DNA of 61,722 nt, filler included, from Choristocarpus tenellus KU-1152 (taxonomy: Eukaryota; Protista; Phaeophyceae): the NCBI GenBank assembly GCA_964200185.2. It is 10 parts of 10 records of this genome, joined end to end, with 100 filler letters (N's around TTAATTAATTAA, not from the genome) between each part and the next. Parts side by side here need not be neighbours in the genome. Positions count along the whole stretch, not along the records: positions 45,048 to 53,165 come from CAXNAD020005121.1; positions 53,266 to 61,722 come from CAXNAD020004687.1; 8 more parts are not named here. One strand, written 5' to 3'. This document shows positions 49,011-61,598 of the stretch, one piece after another. The notes beneath the pieces were generated by a model. That model did no database searches. It was not told the origin of the DNA and was given only the letters and a program-made list of their open reading frames with translations. Position 1 is the stretch's first letter, and every line of letters begins with the position of its first letter. The translations under genes were made by a program, and so were the position numbers.

Positions 49011-49939
49011 CAGTCTCATCCAATCAAAATCAATCTCAGGCTGTACTGAAAAATCTTACACATCCACTGGAGTCAGGAACATACTTTCTCTCATCAACAT
49101 CACGTAGCCATCAAGGTGCAAAGCGAAGTCTTCCTTGGATACGATAATATGTGTCATCCATCGTCGGTCAGCTTTGGGTACACCTTGCAACTCATGATCA
49201 GGGGTTCATGAACGGACCTCGCAAGTGTGTGTTTGCGGTATGTTGCTTACGGTACTCTTACGATCCAATCTCGATTGGTGCTGTTTGAGGTGAAGTGATT
49301 GGTGATTAGACTGCCAGGGCAAAACCTGCCTTCCCCCAATGCTGTCGTGCTGTACCTTAATCAAATAAACGCTGTAGCCCATGATTTCTAAGCTTTTCCA
49401 CATCCAAGGGCAAGAGCAGGTTTGATATTGTGAAAATGGATGACCTCCAAGGCAAATCCTGTAAAAAATGTCACGTATGTTTAACTAGACTAAAAGCCTT
49501 TAAAGACGATAAAAAAATTGATCCAATATCTTGTGTAGAGTAGTTTGTGAATATACAATATTTTTTTGGTCGTTTTCCTATGCTAGATTTAGGAGATGTA
49601 GCATTAAGAGGAATTGCTGAATCTGATCCTCAAGAATATTTTATCCCCAACAATCATTGCGAATATAAAAGAGGCTAATTAAGCATTACTTTAATATACT
49701 TAATTACGTTGCAAATTTAGTTGAAGTGAAAGGGGAACAGCAAGAAATAATGCTATATATTACTAACTTTAAGCCTTGAAGATTTATCTTTAATTCATCG
49801 AGTATATTACTTCATAAACTAGGGCTGCACACTTGACATAGTTCAAACCCAGGTCTCTATTCAATTGACATGCAAACAACCTAACCGCAGCTAGCAACTG
49901 TTGCAAGGATTCTCCCCAATAGGCTTTCTATACATGCAA

Positions 49940-51050
49940 TCTATGTCTTACAAGAGTTACTCCTTGAGAAATGCACCCCAGGTAGTCAAGAAACAAGAAA
50001 TGCCAGGGCCAACATCCCAGACATAAACCCAATTGATCTGGGTCTACGTATATACTCCAAGAGAACCAGGTAAGGGATGGAGGGTGCAATGCCCTTGGAA
50101 GTATATAGCTTGGATGTACCTGTGTGTATGGCATGGATAACCCAACAAATATACCCCATTAAAGAGTGAGGTCTGTGCATAACTCGGACAAATCATGTAT
50201 GCATCAACCACACCCTAGGGTAGACACTGTCAGCCTACCTAAACAAATCACTTTCTGAACCAACCATACACTCTATAGTGTTTGATATAGTTGCAACTAT
50301 CCACACCCTCACTTCCAACAAAGTCATGCCTACACTTTGGTGATTACTTTTGTGCCAGAACCTATTCTGGAAACTTTGTCCACGTAATTCATAAGAATGC
50401 AATGCACAAATGCACAAGATAATGGAGGAGGTGGACACCAGTTAGCCAGCCAGTCAGCCAGCCAGACAAGGACAGCAATACTTTTAGGGGTCCACTGTCA
50501 CGAGACTTACCCAACCAGAAAAGCCAGACCAAGACTCACGATGAGAAGAAGTCCTAATTCTGTGAACATCATGTTCTCATGGAGAGCAGAAGCCCCTGCC
50601 AACACCACATCCGAGAACAGCATCTGCCCTATCCCTAGAAGGATTTTTTTTTTGTCTCTTTGCAACCATTTCAAGAATCTAATCAAATGACGCCAAAATT
50701 CATCGTCTCCGGGCAGGTGGCATTCATCCCATTGTGTCACATCCCTATACTTCCAAATCAAGGAAGCATGGGCATATAAACACAAATGAACTGTGCTCTA
50801 CTCTCCTCCTTTCCCAAAAACCAGGGATGCGTCATGCCCAACTGGTGGGGAGCCCCACAAGTTCCGCTGGGAAAATTTTTGGTTACAATTCGTATGACAG
50901 ATTGTGTAAGTCTTCTTCTTGAATAAAAGTAGTGTCTTAAATAGAAGCGGTTGGGTGGCAAATTTTCGAAAGCCCCACTTTTGTTTGCACATTTAGGCCC
51001 ATAGTATCCTTCCTACAGGGGAGGTCAGGCCTCCAATCGGGGCCTTTGTG
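49940..51050 (-). pseudogene. Decayed ABCG/ABC-2 type transporter transmembrane region
   Basis: IRFLKWLQRDKKKILLGIGQMLF, GMTLLEVRVWIVATISNTIECMVG and SLFNGVYL follow the ABC2_membrane motif order; frameshifts and stops. Confidence 0.4.
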
Positions 51051-51323
51051 ACCTTGGAGTGATTTTCTTATCGTTTGAGTAAACATGTCACATATAAGGG
51101 TTATTTCCTTCATCTGGATGCACCTTATGTTTCTATTCCCCTGCCTAGACCAAATTCGAAGGAAAATCACCTGCAAAACCGGCATCAAACTGGGGTGGTT
51201 TGTAACACCCCATCTAGGCCCAAATGGACAACCTGCCTAACCCTACCCCACCCTCTAGGATACTACGGGGATTTAAAATAGTTTTGTTGCATAAAAAGGG
51301 GATACGGAGTACATGTATGCACT

Positions 51324-51582
51324 GAGTCAAAGTGATCGAAAGGTACCCAGATTTGCATTTCATGGATGATGACAAACATGTCCAAAATGCATCTATTTCA
51401 CAAATTCGTGCAAACTATATTCTGATATTTGTCCAAATTTTTCAAAAAAACAGAGAAATCAATGCTCTGAAGCCAAACTTTGCACCTCATCCATTAAATT
51501 ACGGGTGAATTGTGAAAGATTAAAAAACTGACTTCAAATGCAAAACGGCTAAAACCTGGGTACCTATCGTTTACTTTGGCTC
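51324..51582. mobile_element. MITE family C, flanked by ACT/ACT
   Basis: gagtcaaagtgatcgaaaggtacccag ... ctgggtacctatcgtttactttggctc. Confidence 0.85.
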
Positions 51583-51940
51583 ACTTCATGACCTTAATCA
51601 GTGCATTGCATTCTATCATCAATAAGCCTTCTCAAGTATGCCAGATATTTACTTTTGTTCGGGACGTTCTTTGTTTTGTATGGCTAATTATTCACAGGAA
51701 CATGAATGCTTGAAAGAGGAGATGGGTAAAAAACCCACAAAAGCACTTGAGAAAAAATGAAAAAAGCCGGGAAAAGAACCAGGAGACAAAATACGATACA
51801 GAGAAAATATATATATAACCAAGGAAGGCAAGCAGAAAAATCTCAATGAATATGTGCATGACAATGAATAGTCCACATCTGTCGAGTTTCTGTGTACTTC
51901 AAGCTCATCATGAATACGGAACACCAGACAGAGCATCATA

Positions 51941-52780
51941 TCACACCTGCATTTCCATCAGCTGTTGCGGGAGGACTGCCCGCAGAGTTGGAAATATATT
52001 TTGTACATCATCAGGTGAGAAGGAGAAGGAAAATTGCGACCACGGGATCTGCTCCATGAACGGCGCGACAAAGTCAACTTGGAGAAACACAGGAATCGCT
52101 CCAGCAGAGAGAGCTTCTGCAAGGCGATACGTAGCTGGTGATCGCCCACCAGGAACGAGAGCAAATGTTGTGTTCATGAGGTCATTGAATTTGTAGCTAT
52201 TGAACAAAGGACGCAGGTGTTCGTATCCCCCACAGTTGTTGCCCTTGCAACGCAGAAGGATTACCACATCAGCATCACCAGTAGCTATTTCACCAAGCAA
52301 AAGTGCTGCTGTTCGATCTAGATGGCCACTTCCTGTCGGGTAGAAGCTTCCCTACCGAGCATACGGTATGGGAGGAGCAGGCACGGACACAGTCAAAGGA
52401 AAGATGGGGTAATCTCCAAAGCACTACAACCTATCGCAAAAAAGTGGAACAGACTCAATATGGTTGATTACCATCAGCAGTCAAGTTGTTCAATCGATAA
52501 AATATCTTTCTGCATTCTTCACTACAGAATATTTGCAGAGCAATGCAAGATAACACCACTGGTACATGCTGACTGTGCCTGATAGGGGGCAGAAGAAGTT
52601 TATACATACCTTGAACGTCAGGAAGTATTTCCGGTCTGGTGACGCTGTTTCTTGATAAATGTCGAGGTTCCCTTTCCCGCTAGGTGGCAAAGGCAAAGAT
52701 ATGTCATAACCAGGGCGATAGTAGCATGTGCGCATGTTTCCCCCTGCGAACATTGCCATACCGTGGACGTCGGCAATTCT
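51941..52780 (-). CDS. Exostosin-like glycosyltransferase (GT47), two clear exons; rest uncertain, possibly a pseudogene
   Basis: AMFAGGNMRTCYYRPGYDISLPLP..RKYFLTFKG; LMNTTFALVPGGRSPATYRLAEALSAGAIPVF..PFMEQIPWSQFSF. Confidence 0.82.
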
Positions 52781-53111
52781 GCTGCTGCTGGTCAGGAACG
52801 GACAAGAAATGATACATTCACCATGTCAAGACAGGACATTCTACGAGTGTCTCAGAAACTCAGTGGTGTATTGGACGGAAAAATGGAGTATGTGGTAAAG
52901 AAACACCATCCATCAGTGAAGATGGTGACCCTTGTTGCAACTCATGTTAAGATTATATTATCCAATGGAAGTTTAACAAAACCATGCAATGAACCATCAT
53001 GCAAATGCCTTGATATACTGTGCAGAACATTGATTGGCATCAACACAACAAAGTGTTCCCTTGCGATGCCTATATAGTCGAACAAGTGCCCAGAAAGTCT
53101 CAATCTTAATA

Positions 53112-53337
53112 GACTCAAAGTACCTGGGGGGGGGGGTGGGGGGTGGCGGCTGTACATTTGGGGCCNNNNNNNNNNNNNNNNNNNNNNNNNNNNNNNNNNN
53201 NNNNNNNNNTTAATTAATTAANNNNNNNNNNNNNNNNNNNNNNNNNNNNNNNNNNNNNNNNNNNNGCACTCTTCCTCAGTTTGACCCAAATGGCCACCCG
53301 AGGGTACCCCCCCCCCCCCTCCCAGATACTTTGGGTC
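53112..53337 (+). mobile_element. Family B MITE halves on either side of a spacer
   Basis: Left half gactcaaagtacctggggg..; right half ..tgacccaaatgg..cccagatactttgggtc; flanks AATA/TCCT do not match. Confidence 0.75.
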
Positions 53338-53839
53338 TCCTCATGACAACTATCGATCCATGTCGCCACTTAAGTATATACAAAATAGCACATAATTACA
53401 AGGCTTGCCACGGTGATGATTATTACCATAATGAGTATGGATTTTGGACGGTAATCCACTGTACAGTAAGATTATGACGACAGTAATTACCATCATATTG
53501 TACTGTATCGTACCATAGTAATTCCAGAATTGCTGCACCTTTACTTTTGAAAACATTAAACAGTAGTCCCTAACATAATCTACCGTCGAAATTATAGAAC
53601 GACTGTGCTGTTTCCGTCCAAAAATTCAAATGGTAATCTCAACAGTATTGTGCCAAGGAAGTTTCTGAAATTCTATTCAAAATGTAACAAAAGGCATCTC
53701 GTACCATACAGTGTGTAAGCAGGACTTATAATACAGAGAAAGTGCTATACCGCAGAGTTTAGATCTTTTCCATATGGTATGGACGGATGAAACACAATGA
53801 TGTGCGTATTCGGAAAATAAGTGGAATGCTTCCTGGATG

Positions 53840-54032
53840 AGCTGGCTACTCACACGGTGGGGGGGAAAGGAACTGGACATATAGCAGAAAAGGAGTAGTC
53901 AAATCCCGGCTACGCCAAATTGTCTCGGTGACTATGCAAGTGGCACTGTCTAGATATGTCATGCGTTTTAAGCTAGAGTCACCAGGGAGATGGGCACGGA
54001 GGGGTTTATTGGATTCTTGGGATGCCTCCTTC
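53840..54032 (+). mobile_element. 3' coding fragment of the RLE-type LINE
   Basis: RKGVVKSRL.QIVSVTMQVALSRYVMRFKLESPGRWARRGLLDSWDASF. Confidence 0.75.
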
Positions 54033-55342
54033 AATAGTCAACGCTGTGAGGTGACAAATGATATCCCGCCTCCATTTGACCTCCTCCCATTTCCACCGTA
54101 CGTCCCCTAACAATAACCCTCGCCAACCACTCATCTACTCCTTCACTTGACTTCCTGATCTCTCTACCCATGGTCCCTCCCCAACCCTAAGGCCACAAAC
54201 CTTAAGCCCCTGTTCAAGCTTCAAGAAGAAAGTTGCCCTGTTCTTTGCAAAGAAGAAATTATTTATAGGAGACCGCTTATCCACCCCTTGGCGAGCATCA
54301 GAGATGAAACCTGTCAGAAACATAGATCTTAATGCCAAAACACGTCGATCCCAATCCACATCCTCACGGCCCCTACCATCGGAAGCAGAGGTCATTATCT
54401 GTATCACCTGGCATCATAGGAGTATGAATTGATAGCAATTTGATGAGTCAAATAGTCAGTTAATGCTAGAGTGGAAGCAGTGGGGGTGCTGTTGGTAGGT
54501 AGAGAGTAGAAATAGGCCATGTGTTCTCAAGAGTGGAATTGTGTTGTGGTGAGAGTAGCCAAGACTGTTCAGTAAGTTCTGGTGAACATCTATTAAGTGG
54601 CAGGGGGGGTAGTGGAGGAGGAAGTGGGAAGGGATCTTAGCTTTGTAACTCTCATCGTTTTCTCATCACCATAGTAAATAGACTTACTGTAATCAGGAAA
54701 CACCTGCGTATATGTGTGTGTTTTCCATTCTACATCAGCTATATTGTCAGAACATGACCAAAGTGAGATCGCCTTTGTGCAGTTCACAGTCTTTTCCAAA
54801 AGCATGTCATATGGTTGGCGAAGGACTCAGATTGCGCTTTAGCTTTATTATCTCGAGTGGGGGAAACTCCATGTGATTCAGGTTGGAGGTTGGATGCTCA
54901 TGGCACTTGGGGTGCTCTGCACTTGTGCAACAAACTCCACTCAAGTAACACTACTTTGAAACTGTAATCAAATTTACGGGGCACTCACTTTATGCTTCCC
55001 TTACACCTCGTATTTTCCCATAGTTTTTTTTTTTTCAAGTTTGTTCAACGTGGTAGACCCTGCTGTTTCTGTTCTTTTAAGAAGTCGCACAGGGGAACAC
55101 TATGCATTCCCCCCCAAAATATAATGAAGTGCTCTGGCACAGGTTTTCCATCTTACCGTAGGCTATCCATGCGGTCATGGACGACACGATAATGCGGGGC
55201 AAAGACTATCCAATGTGGAGGTGGAGCAAACCTTCAATGCTCCTGCCCTTCTCCAAAGCCCCAGTAAGGCGTACAGGGCATGCCTTCATTTGAATGATAG
55301 TGATGAGATTCACTATTCATTCAGAAGTGAGAATTATCACAA

Positions 55343-55604
55343 GAGTCAATATATCTTAGAGGGTAGGGCCCCGTCCATTTGAGGGCCAAAGTCCAATGTT
55401 GCGATTTTGATGTAATTTTGGCTATCGTGTTTGTTAGGAAGTGTCCATATCCTTGTTCCATAACACCTTTTCATAACATAATATACATTTTGCCTACTCC
55501 GAAAAATTTCAGAGTAGGTAAAATGTAAAAAAAAATAACATGGGAAGACAAGCCCCAAATGGACAAAAAGAGCAAAACTTGTACCCTTTAAGATACTTTC
55601 ACTC
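55343..55604 (+). mobile_element. MITE family A, TSD ACAA
   Basis: gagtcaatatatcttagagggtag ... gtaccctttaagatactttcactc; ACAA on both sides. Confidence 0.9.
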
Positions 55605-55664
55605 ACAAATAAAACCAATATTCCATGTACTACTGTTGTGCTATTAGTTCTGCTTAAAGAAAGT

Positions 55665-55933
55665 GAGTCAAAGTATCTTAGAGGGTAGAGCCCCGTCCAT
55701 TTGGGGGCCAAAATCCAATGTTGCAATTTTGATGTATTTTGACTATCATATTTGTTAGGAAATGTCAATATCCTTGTTCCGGACACACCTTTTCATAACA
55801 TATACTCCGAGTACATTATACCTACTCTGAAACATTTTGGAGTGGGTAAAATGTCATAAAAAAAACTCATGGGAAGACAGGCCTCAAATGGACAGACAGA
55901 TAAAAACTCGTACCCTCTAAGATACTTTAACCC
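55665..55933 (+). mobile_element. MITE family A
   Basis: gagtcaaagtatcttagagggtag ... gtaccctctaagatactttaaccc. Confidence 0.88.
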
Positions 55934-57729
55934 AGTACCTGTGTTGATGGAATCAAAGCACCTTTGGCAGATATCCGCTCAAGATGTGGTGACTTGAGCT
56001 TACACATTCATGGCAACACATCATGCATCGAAATAGCAAGCACATACTATTTTTGAATTAAGACAAGGCCCTCACAATCAAGCAATGATGGTCTCAGGTC
56101 AATGTGCTCAAACAGATGTCCCTGTTTGAATAGAGTACTCAAATGATTGGATAGCACCACACTCTCCCTATTTTTTAATCCCTATTTGGTATGTGATACT
56201 CAGCACTACCCTGCAGTACAGCATCCTGCTTTTACCTTTGACAAGGGGACGGTGGGATCCTCATCAACTTGTCAAAATATTATGTTCTAGAGTTGAACTC
56301 TTATTCACTCCAAGATTCATAAAGTTTATCTGGCTTAGGCAAATTACTGAAAAGGGTACTTCTATGCAGTTGACCGTACTGCATATTTGAATTTTGGTCT
56401 GCAGTAGGAAGAGAGGTGGTAGCCATAACACTGAATGCAATATGGGTTACTTCCACCCTGGACGAAACACTCTGGGCACATCAAGTCCTATGATCTGGTC
56501 CCAAGAATACAGAGATATAAAACGAAATTGAACTTTTAGCTTTCATGGGATCAACTAATCTGTTTTAGTGGTCTCAAGAAGTGTGAATCTTCCAACTGTC
56601 AACATCTCGTTTACCTACACTACTTGCCTACCCATGTGCTCCGAGTTATTGGGATACTTCTCCGACCTTTCATATGCACCTTTCGGCGTTTGATTGCCGC
56701 GTTTGGTGCTCCTTTTTCTCCTTCCGGACAGTTTTTTTGCTCTGTTCCTGTAGATTTTGAGTTTAGCACGATTGTGGTACACTGTTTCAACAACCCTATC
56801 CCTCCCCTACTTGCTCATTTAACCCAAGTCCATTGTGTTATCCCTTGGGCTTCTGCATACACGCACACCTTCAGCAATGTGGTTTCCTCTGCTGCATAGG
56901 TTCCCTAAGTATGAATATTCAGCATACTATCTTGATCAAACAGTGAAAAAGATACCACCGGAGCACCACTTGAGATTGTCTTCAAGAAACATTCCTCTTG
57001 GTAGACGTTACTTTGATCTTAACAATCACACAAAGGTACAGTATATTTCGTATGTCCATAGGGATATCACCTCGAAGTCAGACTTGCTCGCGAGGAGTTT
57101 GGACACCCGTTGGAGATTTCCTGCAAGGCACCGCTGAGTTTCCTTTGTCACTGTGTATCGATCCTGGAGGCGCCCAAAGGTTGAAATTCAGTAAACAGGG
57201 GGTAGGACAAGAGACTTTGCTGGTCACCTTCCTCCTAACTTTGACATGGCCAGGCATACTGATATATATGATCGTCATACTGGCTAATCTATCATTGCCG
57301 TATTGGGTCCAGGGCTGATACACCAATATATTCACAACTACACTGTTTCTAGGAGTTGGACTTGAGGCTGGAGTGTATGGAATTCAAAGTCTTTCTTGCT
57401 TAACATGATGGAACTTCGATTGGGGTTACTGGTCAAGGTTGCTGCTCAAGGCTACCTCTACTCTTTTTCTGAGGTTTTCAACTGCTGGCTACTGGCTCAA
57501 GAATCGGAAGCTTGTGCGCATGTCACTCTTCTCAATGTTGGATCTCATCACCAGGGTTTCAATGTATGGTGATTCTTCTTCTGAGTAATGTGCACATTGC
57601 TAGCATTCATGGCGTTGACACTACCACCACATATTGCTCTACTCTTGATCAATGGATTCACAACACAGAAACTACCATGTATAAGATTACAATCTAGCCG
57701 TCATCCCTAGCCTCAACATCCTTCTCCTC

Positions 57730-57860
57730 ATTCTAAACGCTATTGTTTACGTCCTAAACGCTATTGCTTACATTCTAAACACTATTGATCACGTTCTAAA
57801 AGCTATTGCTTACATTCTAAACACTATTGATCATGTTCTAAAAGCTATTGCTTACGTTCT
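57730..57860. repeat. 21-bp minisatellite, about 6 units (TTCTAAAC.CTATTG.T.AC.)
   Basis: ttctaaacgctattgtttacg tcctaaacgctattgcttaca ttctaaacactattgatcacg ttctaaaagctattgcttaca ... Confidence 0.9.
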
Positions 57861-59399
57861 CATCGCTGAGGGCTTCCACTCTGCATGAAATATCGCCAAA
57901 AGATCGCATGTGGGCCCTAAGTTTACCATCTAGTGCCTCCCAGGACATGTCCCGCGATGCCAAGATCTGGAGAATGAAGAATGAACACATGAAGTGAACC
58001 ATAGAAATTGGCAATGAACATGCTACTATTGATGACAGGATACGGGGAGGTGAGCGTCTGCTCCAGCATCCACTGCCCCAAGGAGGAACAGATCAAAGAG
58101 GGGAGTCTTCCGAGGTCACAGGCAGACTTGTTGTACCTCCTACTGGGATGAGTAAGTAAGTTGGGAGGTTTGAGCTACTACTTTTCTCACCACCACACCA
58201 CACTCCTCTGGGTTGCACTGGGTTACATGAAGGTACAGACTGCCACATACGCCCACATTTTTTTCAATCCATAGATGAACACACTAGAAAACAACAAGAA
58301 TACATCATTCTAGCACCGTAATGCACTCATCACACCTATCATTGAAATACCACAGTCCAAACCCTAGCCTTTACTGTCTTCGATAGATTGCCTTTCCCTC
58401 CATGAGTTGCCTTGCCTGTGCAGTGCACTCTGCCTTGCGGGCAATCGTGGCAAGGCTAATGTTTGACTTCTCCACCCTCCTGAGATCCTCTGCTTGGCGC
58501 CGATACTGCTCCCGCACTCTCACCACCACCTCCACGAGATGGTCAATTTTCGTAGGGGTGCTGTTGGAGTTACTCTTTCAGGTCGGGATTGAAAGCGATT
58601 TGGGAAGTGATTTTTCTCCTCTGACGAAGTTGGTCTCGAGAAACTTTGGAACCTTTTGGTTTAGTGAGGTGCAAGGAGTGCTGGACCTCCCGTATAGACG
58701 GCACTAACATGTTGGAAATAAATGAAGAGGGTGTAAGAGCACCTTGAAAGATTACAAAATTGGACACCAGCATTTTTTCTGAATACTGTATGGGTGGAGG
58801 TTTGGAGGGGGCTGGTGGATTTGGGTGAGAAAGCGGGATTGAGTAAGAAAGAAGTTTAGTTGTATGCCCAGGGTCATTTTTGTCGGGGTTAGAGTTACAG
58901 GGGGCAATGTCTATGGAGGTTTTGCTTTGGAGTCATGTTCAAGTGAGGACCACTTCCAGATTGAGGTAAAACCTTACTGTCCCTTACACTTCCCACACAC
59001 CCAAACTCGAGGAGACGGTGGGGGTGATCGTGTTTTCTGTGTTTTCTTTTACATGATGATTTGAATCACCTGTGGTGTAAGGGGACGAATAGCATTAAGA
59101 GTCAGGCTGCCGTTTGAACTATGAATAATATTTCGTGTTGGTGTCATGTTTGAATAATTAACTGCAAGTGCTGAATTTCCATCAATATTTCACCATCTCC
59201 TGTAACATATACGTCTTCATTGTTTAAACTGTAAAATTGTAGGGGTTTTCATGATTATTATCTCCAAAGTATGGACCCTTTTATTGTTTCATGTTTGTTC
59301 TCTTCATGTGGGAGATGCGTGCAGCTTCACCTCATTGATGTCTCTAGGAGAGTCTCTTTTGCCAAGATCCCTGTGCCCATCAACTAGCAGGGATTCAAG

Positions 59400-60700
59400 C
59401 ATGTCCTTAACTTCAGAGCAGATAGAATTGCAAGCTCCGTCCACCACCCCAGTTAAGGCCTCCACCTGGAATGAGAGAGTGCAAGGCCTTTTTTTGCAAA
59501 ATGTGTTTAGCAGATAGTGCTTGAGATTCCATGACCAGAAAAATTGCTGCAGTCAACATTTCATCCAGTTGACGCAGACACCGTGTTTTTTCGAAAATTG
59601 ACAGGTGAAATTGACCCCTCAGCTTCTTTGCTCTCCTAAAAATGTAAAATGTATATGCAGCATGTCATAAGCTGTAGAGAGTGCATTACTATCTTCTGCC
59701 CCTCTGAGCATAAATAGAAAGTTCAATGTACTGCATAAGGTACATGAGCAGAATCAATACGACTCATGGTGATAGGATTCTGAGCGCCCAGATAAACATT
59801 AGTCAGTCTGAGCTCAATCTCCTCAAAAATACCATAATACGCCAATGCAATATCAAGGAAATATCATAAAGTATCATAAAGGTACCGCCCATCTTTTATT
59901 CGGTTTTGGAAAATTTTACTGAAAAACAATATCCTCTGCTCCTAACCTTATTCTCGTTGGCACCCATTGAGTCATGCTGTTTCTTCAGGGACTGCTGGAG
60001 AGCTTCATCGCTCCTACTCTCCACACCGGCCAGGCAAGAGAATGTGCGACATCAAGATTAACTTCAGTAGTACCGAAAAAAGGATAGAGGGTTAGGGTTG
60101 AGGGATGTTGCAGGCTGAATACATCCTTGGGTTGAGGAACGTTGCAGGCTGAACACATCCTATTCAATCGGAGTGAAATTGCATTCCTGACTTGGACAAG
60201 GTCTCCAGCCAACAAGTTTGACCAAGGCTGCAGCTTCGAAGTCATTGACATGCCCTGGAATATTCATTATCAGGTTTCTCATTCATTTCATTGAGTAGGG
60301 GTCGTTTGTGATGGGTTCCCATCGGCTACTGTACACAAACACCATAGGTGACTTGACAGAGCAAAAATGACAAAGGTATAACCCCACCATCGTATTTGCT
60401 CCACCTCTAATGCGATTGATGAGCAAAATCTTCGGATCAAATTGTCCCACGCACCCTCCATGCAGGATAGGGTAAGGTTCCAGAACATTCCCACACGGTT
60501 TTCAGCATCCCACCCCCCATTTGCCTCTGTCCAACTCTACCTCTACCCCATGCCATGTCTTTCAATTATGAAGCAACATGTGTCAAATTAGACCTGGTCT
60601 GGCCACTTCCTCCACTGCTGCGATGAAGTAGGGCTAGGCGGAGACATTGGAGCCACCTACAGCGGGGAATATCTTACAGAAACTACAACAATAACTCATT
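59400..60700 (-). mobile_element. Degraded LINE (RTE-like) reverse transcriptase relic
   Basis: Minus-strand remnants in RT order: 'QGCI/GCV' (duplicated, ~60100-60165), 'LGAEDIVF' (decayed YADD, ~59925-59948) and an FxYL-like segment (~59705-59725). Confidence 0.35.
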
Positions 60701-61598
60701 TTTATAAAACCCCTTGGATGCCTCAGCTATTGAAGGCACTCCTCACTTGATCATTCTCTGTGAGAGACCAACAATTTCCAATTGAAGGTTGGCCTTTGCT
60801 GCCTCGGACATCTCGTTTGCCTCCTCTATCCTTGCTAACAGACCCTCCACCTCTAGTTGCCGAGCCTCTTTGCTCTCCTATCCCACCAAAGTGGGTGACA
60901 GTAGGAACAGCAAGGTTGAGGGTAGAAAATGAGAGCAACGATTATTCCAAAAGCAACAAGATACTGAATGTTCCTCTTCAAAGGAAGTATGTTGCTCTTT
61001 GCTCTTATGACTTATCCATTACAGCTATAGTCATGGACAGGTTACCAGGGAAGCAAATAGAACAAAAAAATCAACGGCCTGCCGATTTAGAGGATAAATC
61101 GGAGATTCCCACCAACAAGACGTGGGAGGATCAGCAGATTGGTATTATGTTCAATTTTATACTACTAATTATACGTATGTACTGCTGATGGAATATAATC
61201 AATACTTCATACCTTCATCGGTTCATTGCACAGTCACACTGTTCCGCTGGCTCAATCATATTCTACAATGCTTAGTCCCTGCATGCTATCCAGTTTTTAC
61301 TGAAAAAAATTCCCCTTCACTTTCCCAATTGAGTCTGGATTCCTACTTCAGGAAAATCAAGTAGAGGAAAAGGGTTGCGCTTGAAAAATTATTTTTTCTC
61401 TTTCCTTGGAGGAACTGTTGTAGCTGCTTGATCTTGAGGCAAGACACTCTCTGACTGGGTAGTAAGCACAAAACATACTGCAGGTCAAGAAAACAATCAT
61501 ACCTTTTGTCAATATATTTATCTACGCTATACGTCCTTTGTCAACAAGGACATTTTGCTGAGCTAGAGGAACTTCAAAATCATTGATAGTGAGACAAA

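Noticed and set aside
53112-53337. One MITE spanning the spacer as proof that fragments are in scaffold order
   Set aside because: Flanking 4-mers differ (AATA vs TCCT), the halves at 38130/38231 are in incompatible orientations, and TANGO6 and allantoicase do not continue across their spacers.
57078-57335. Reverse transcriptase remnant
   Set aside because: Apparent LSP/LF-like and DD-like words are not in the correct order or frame.
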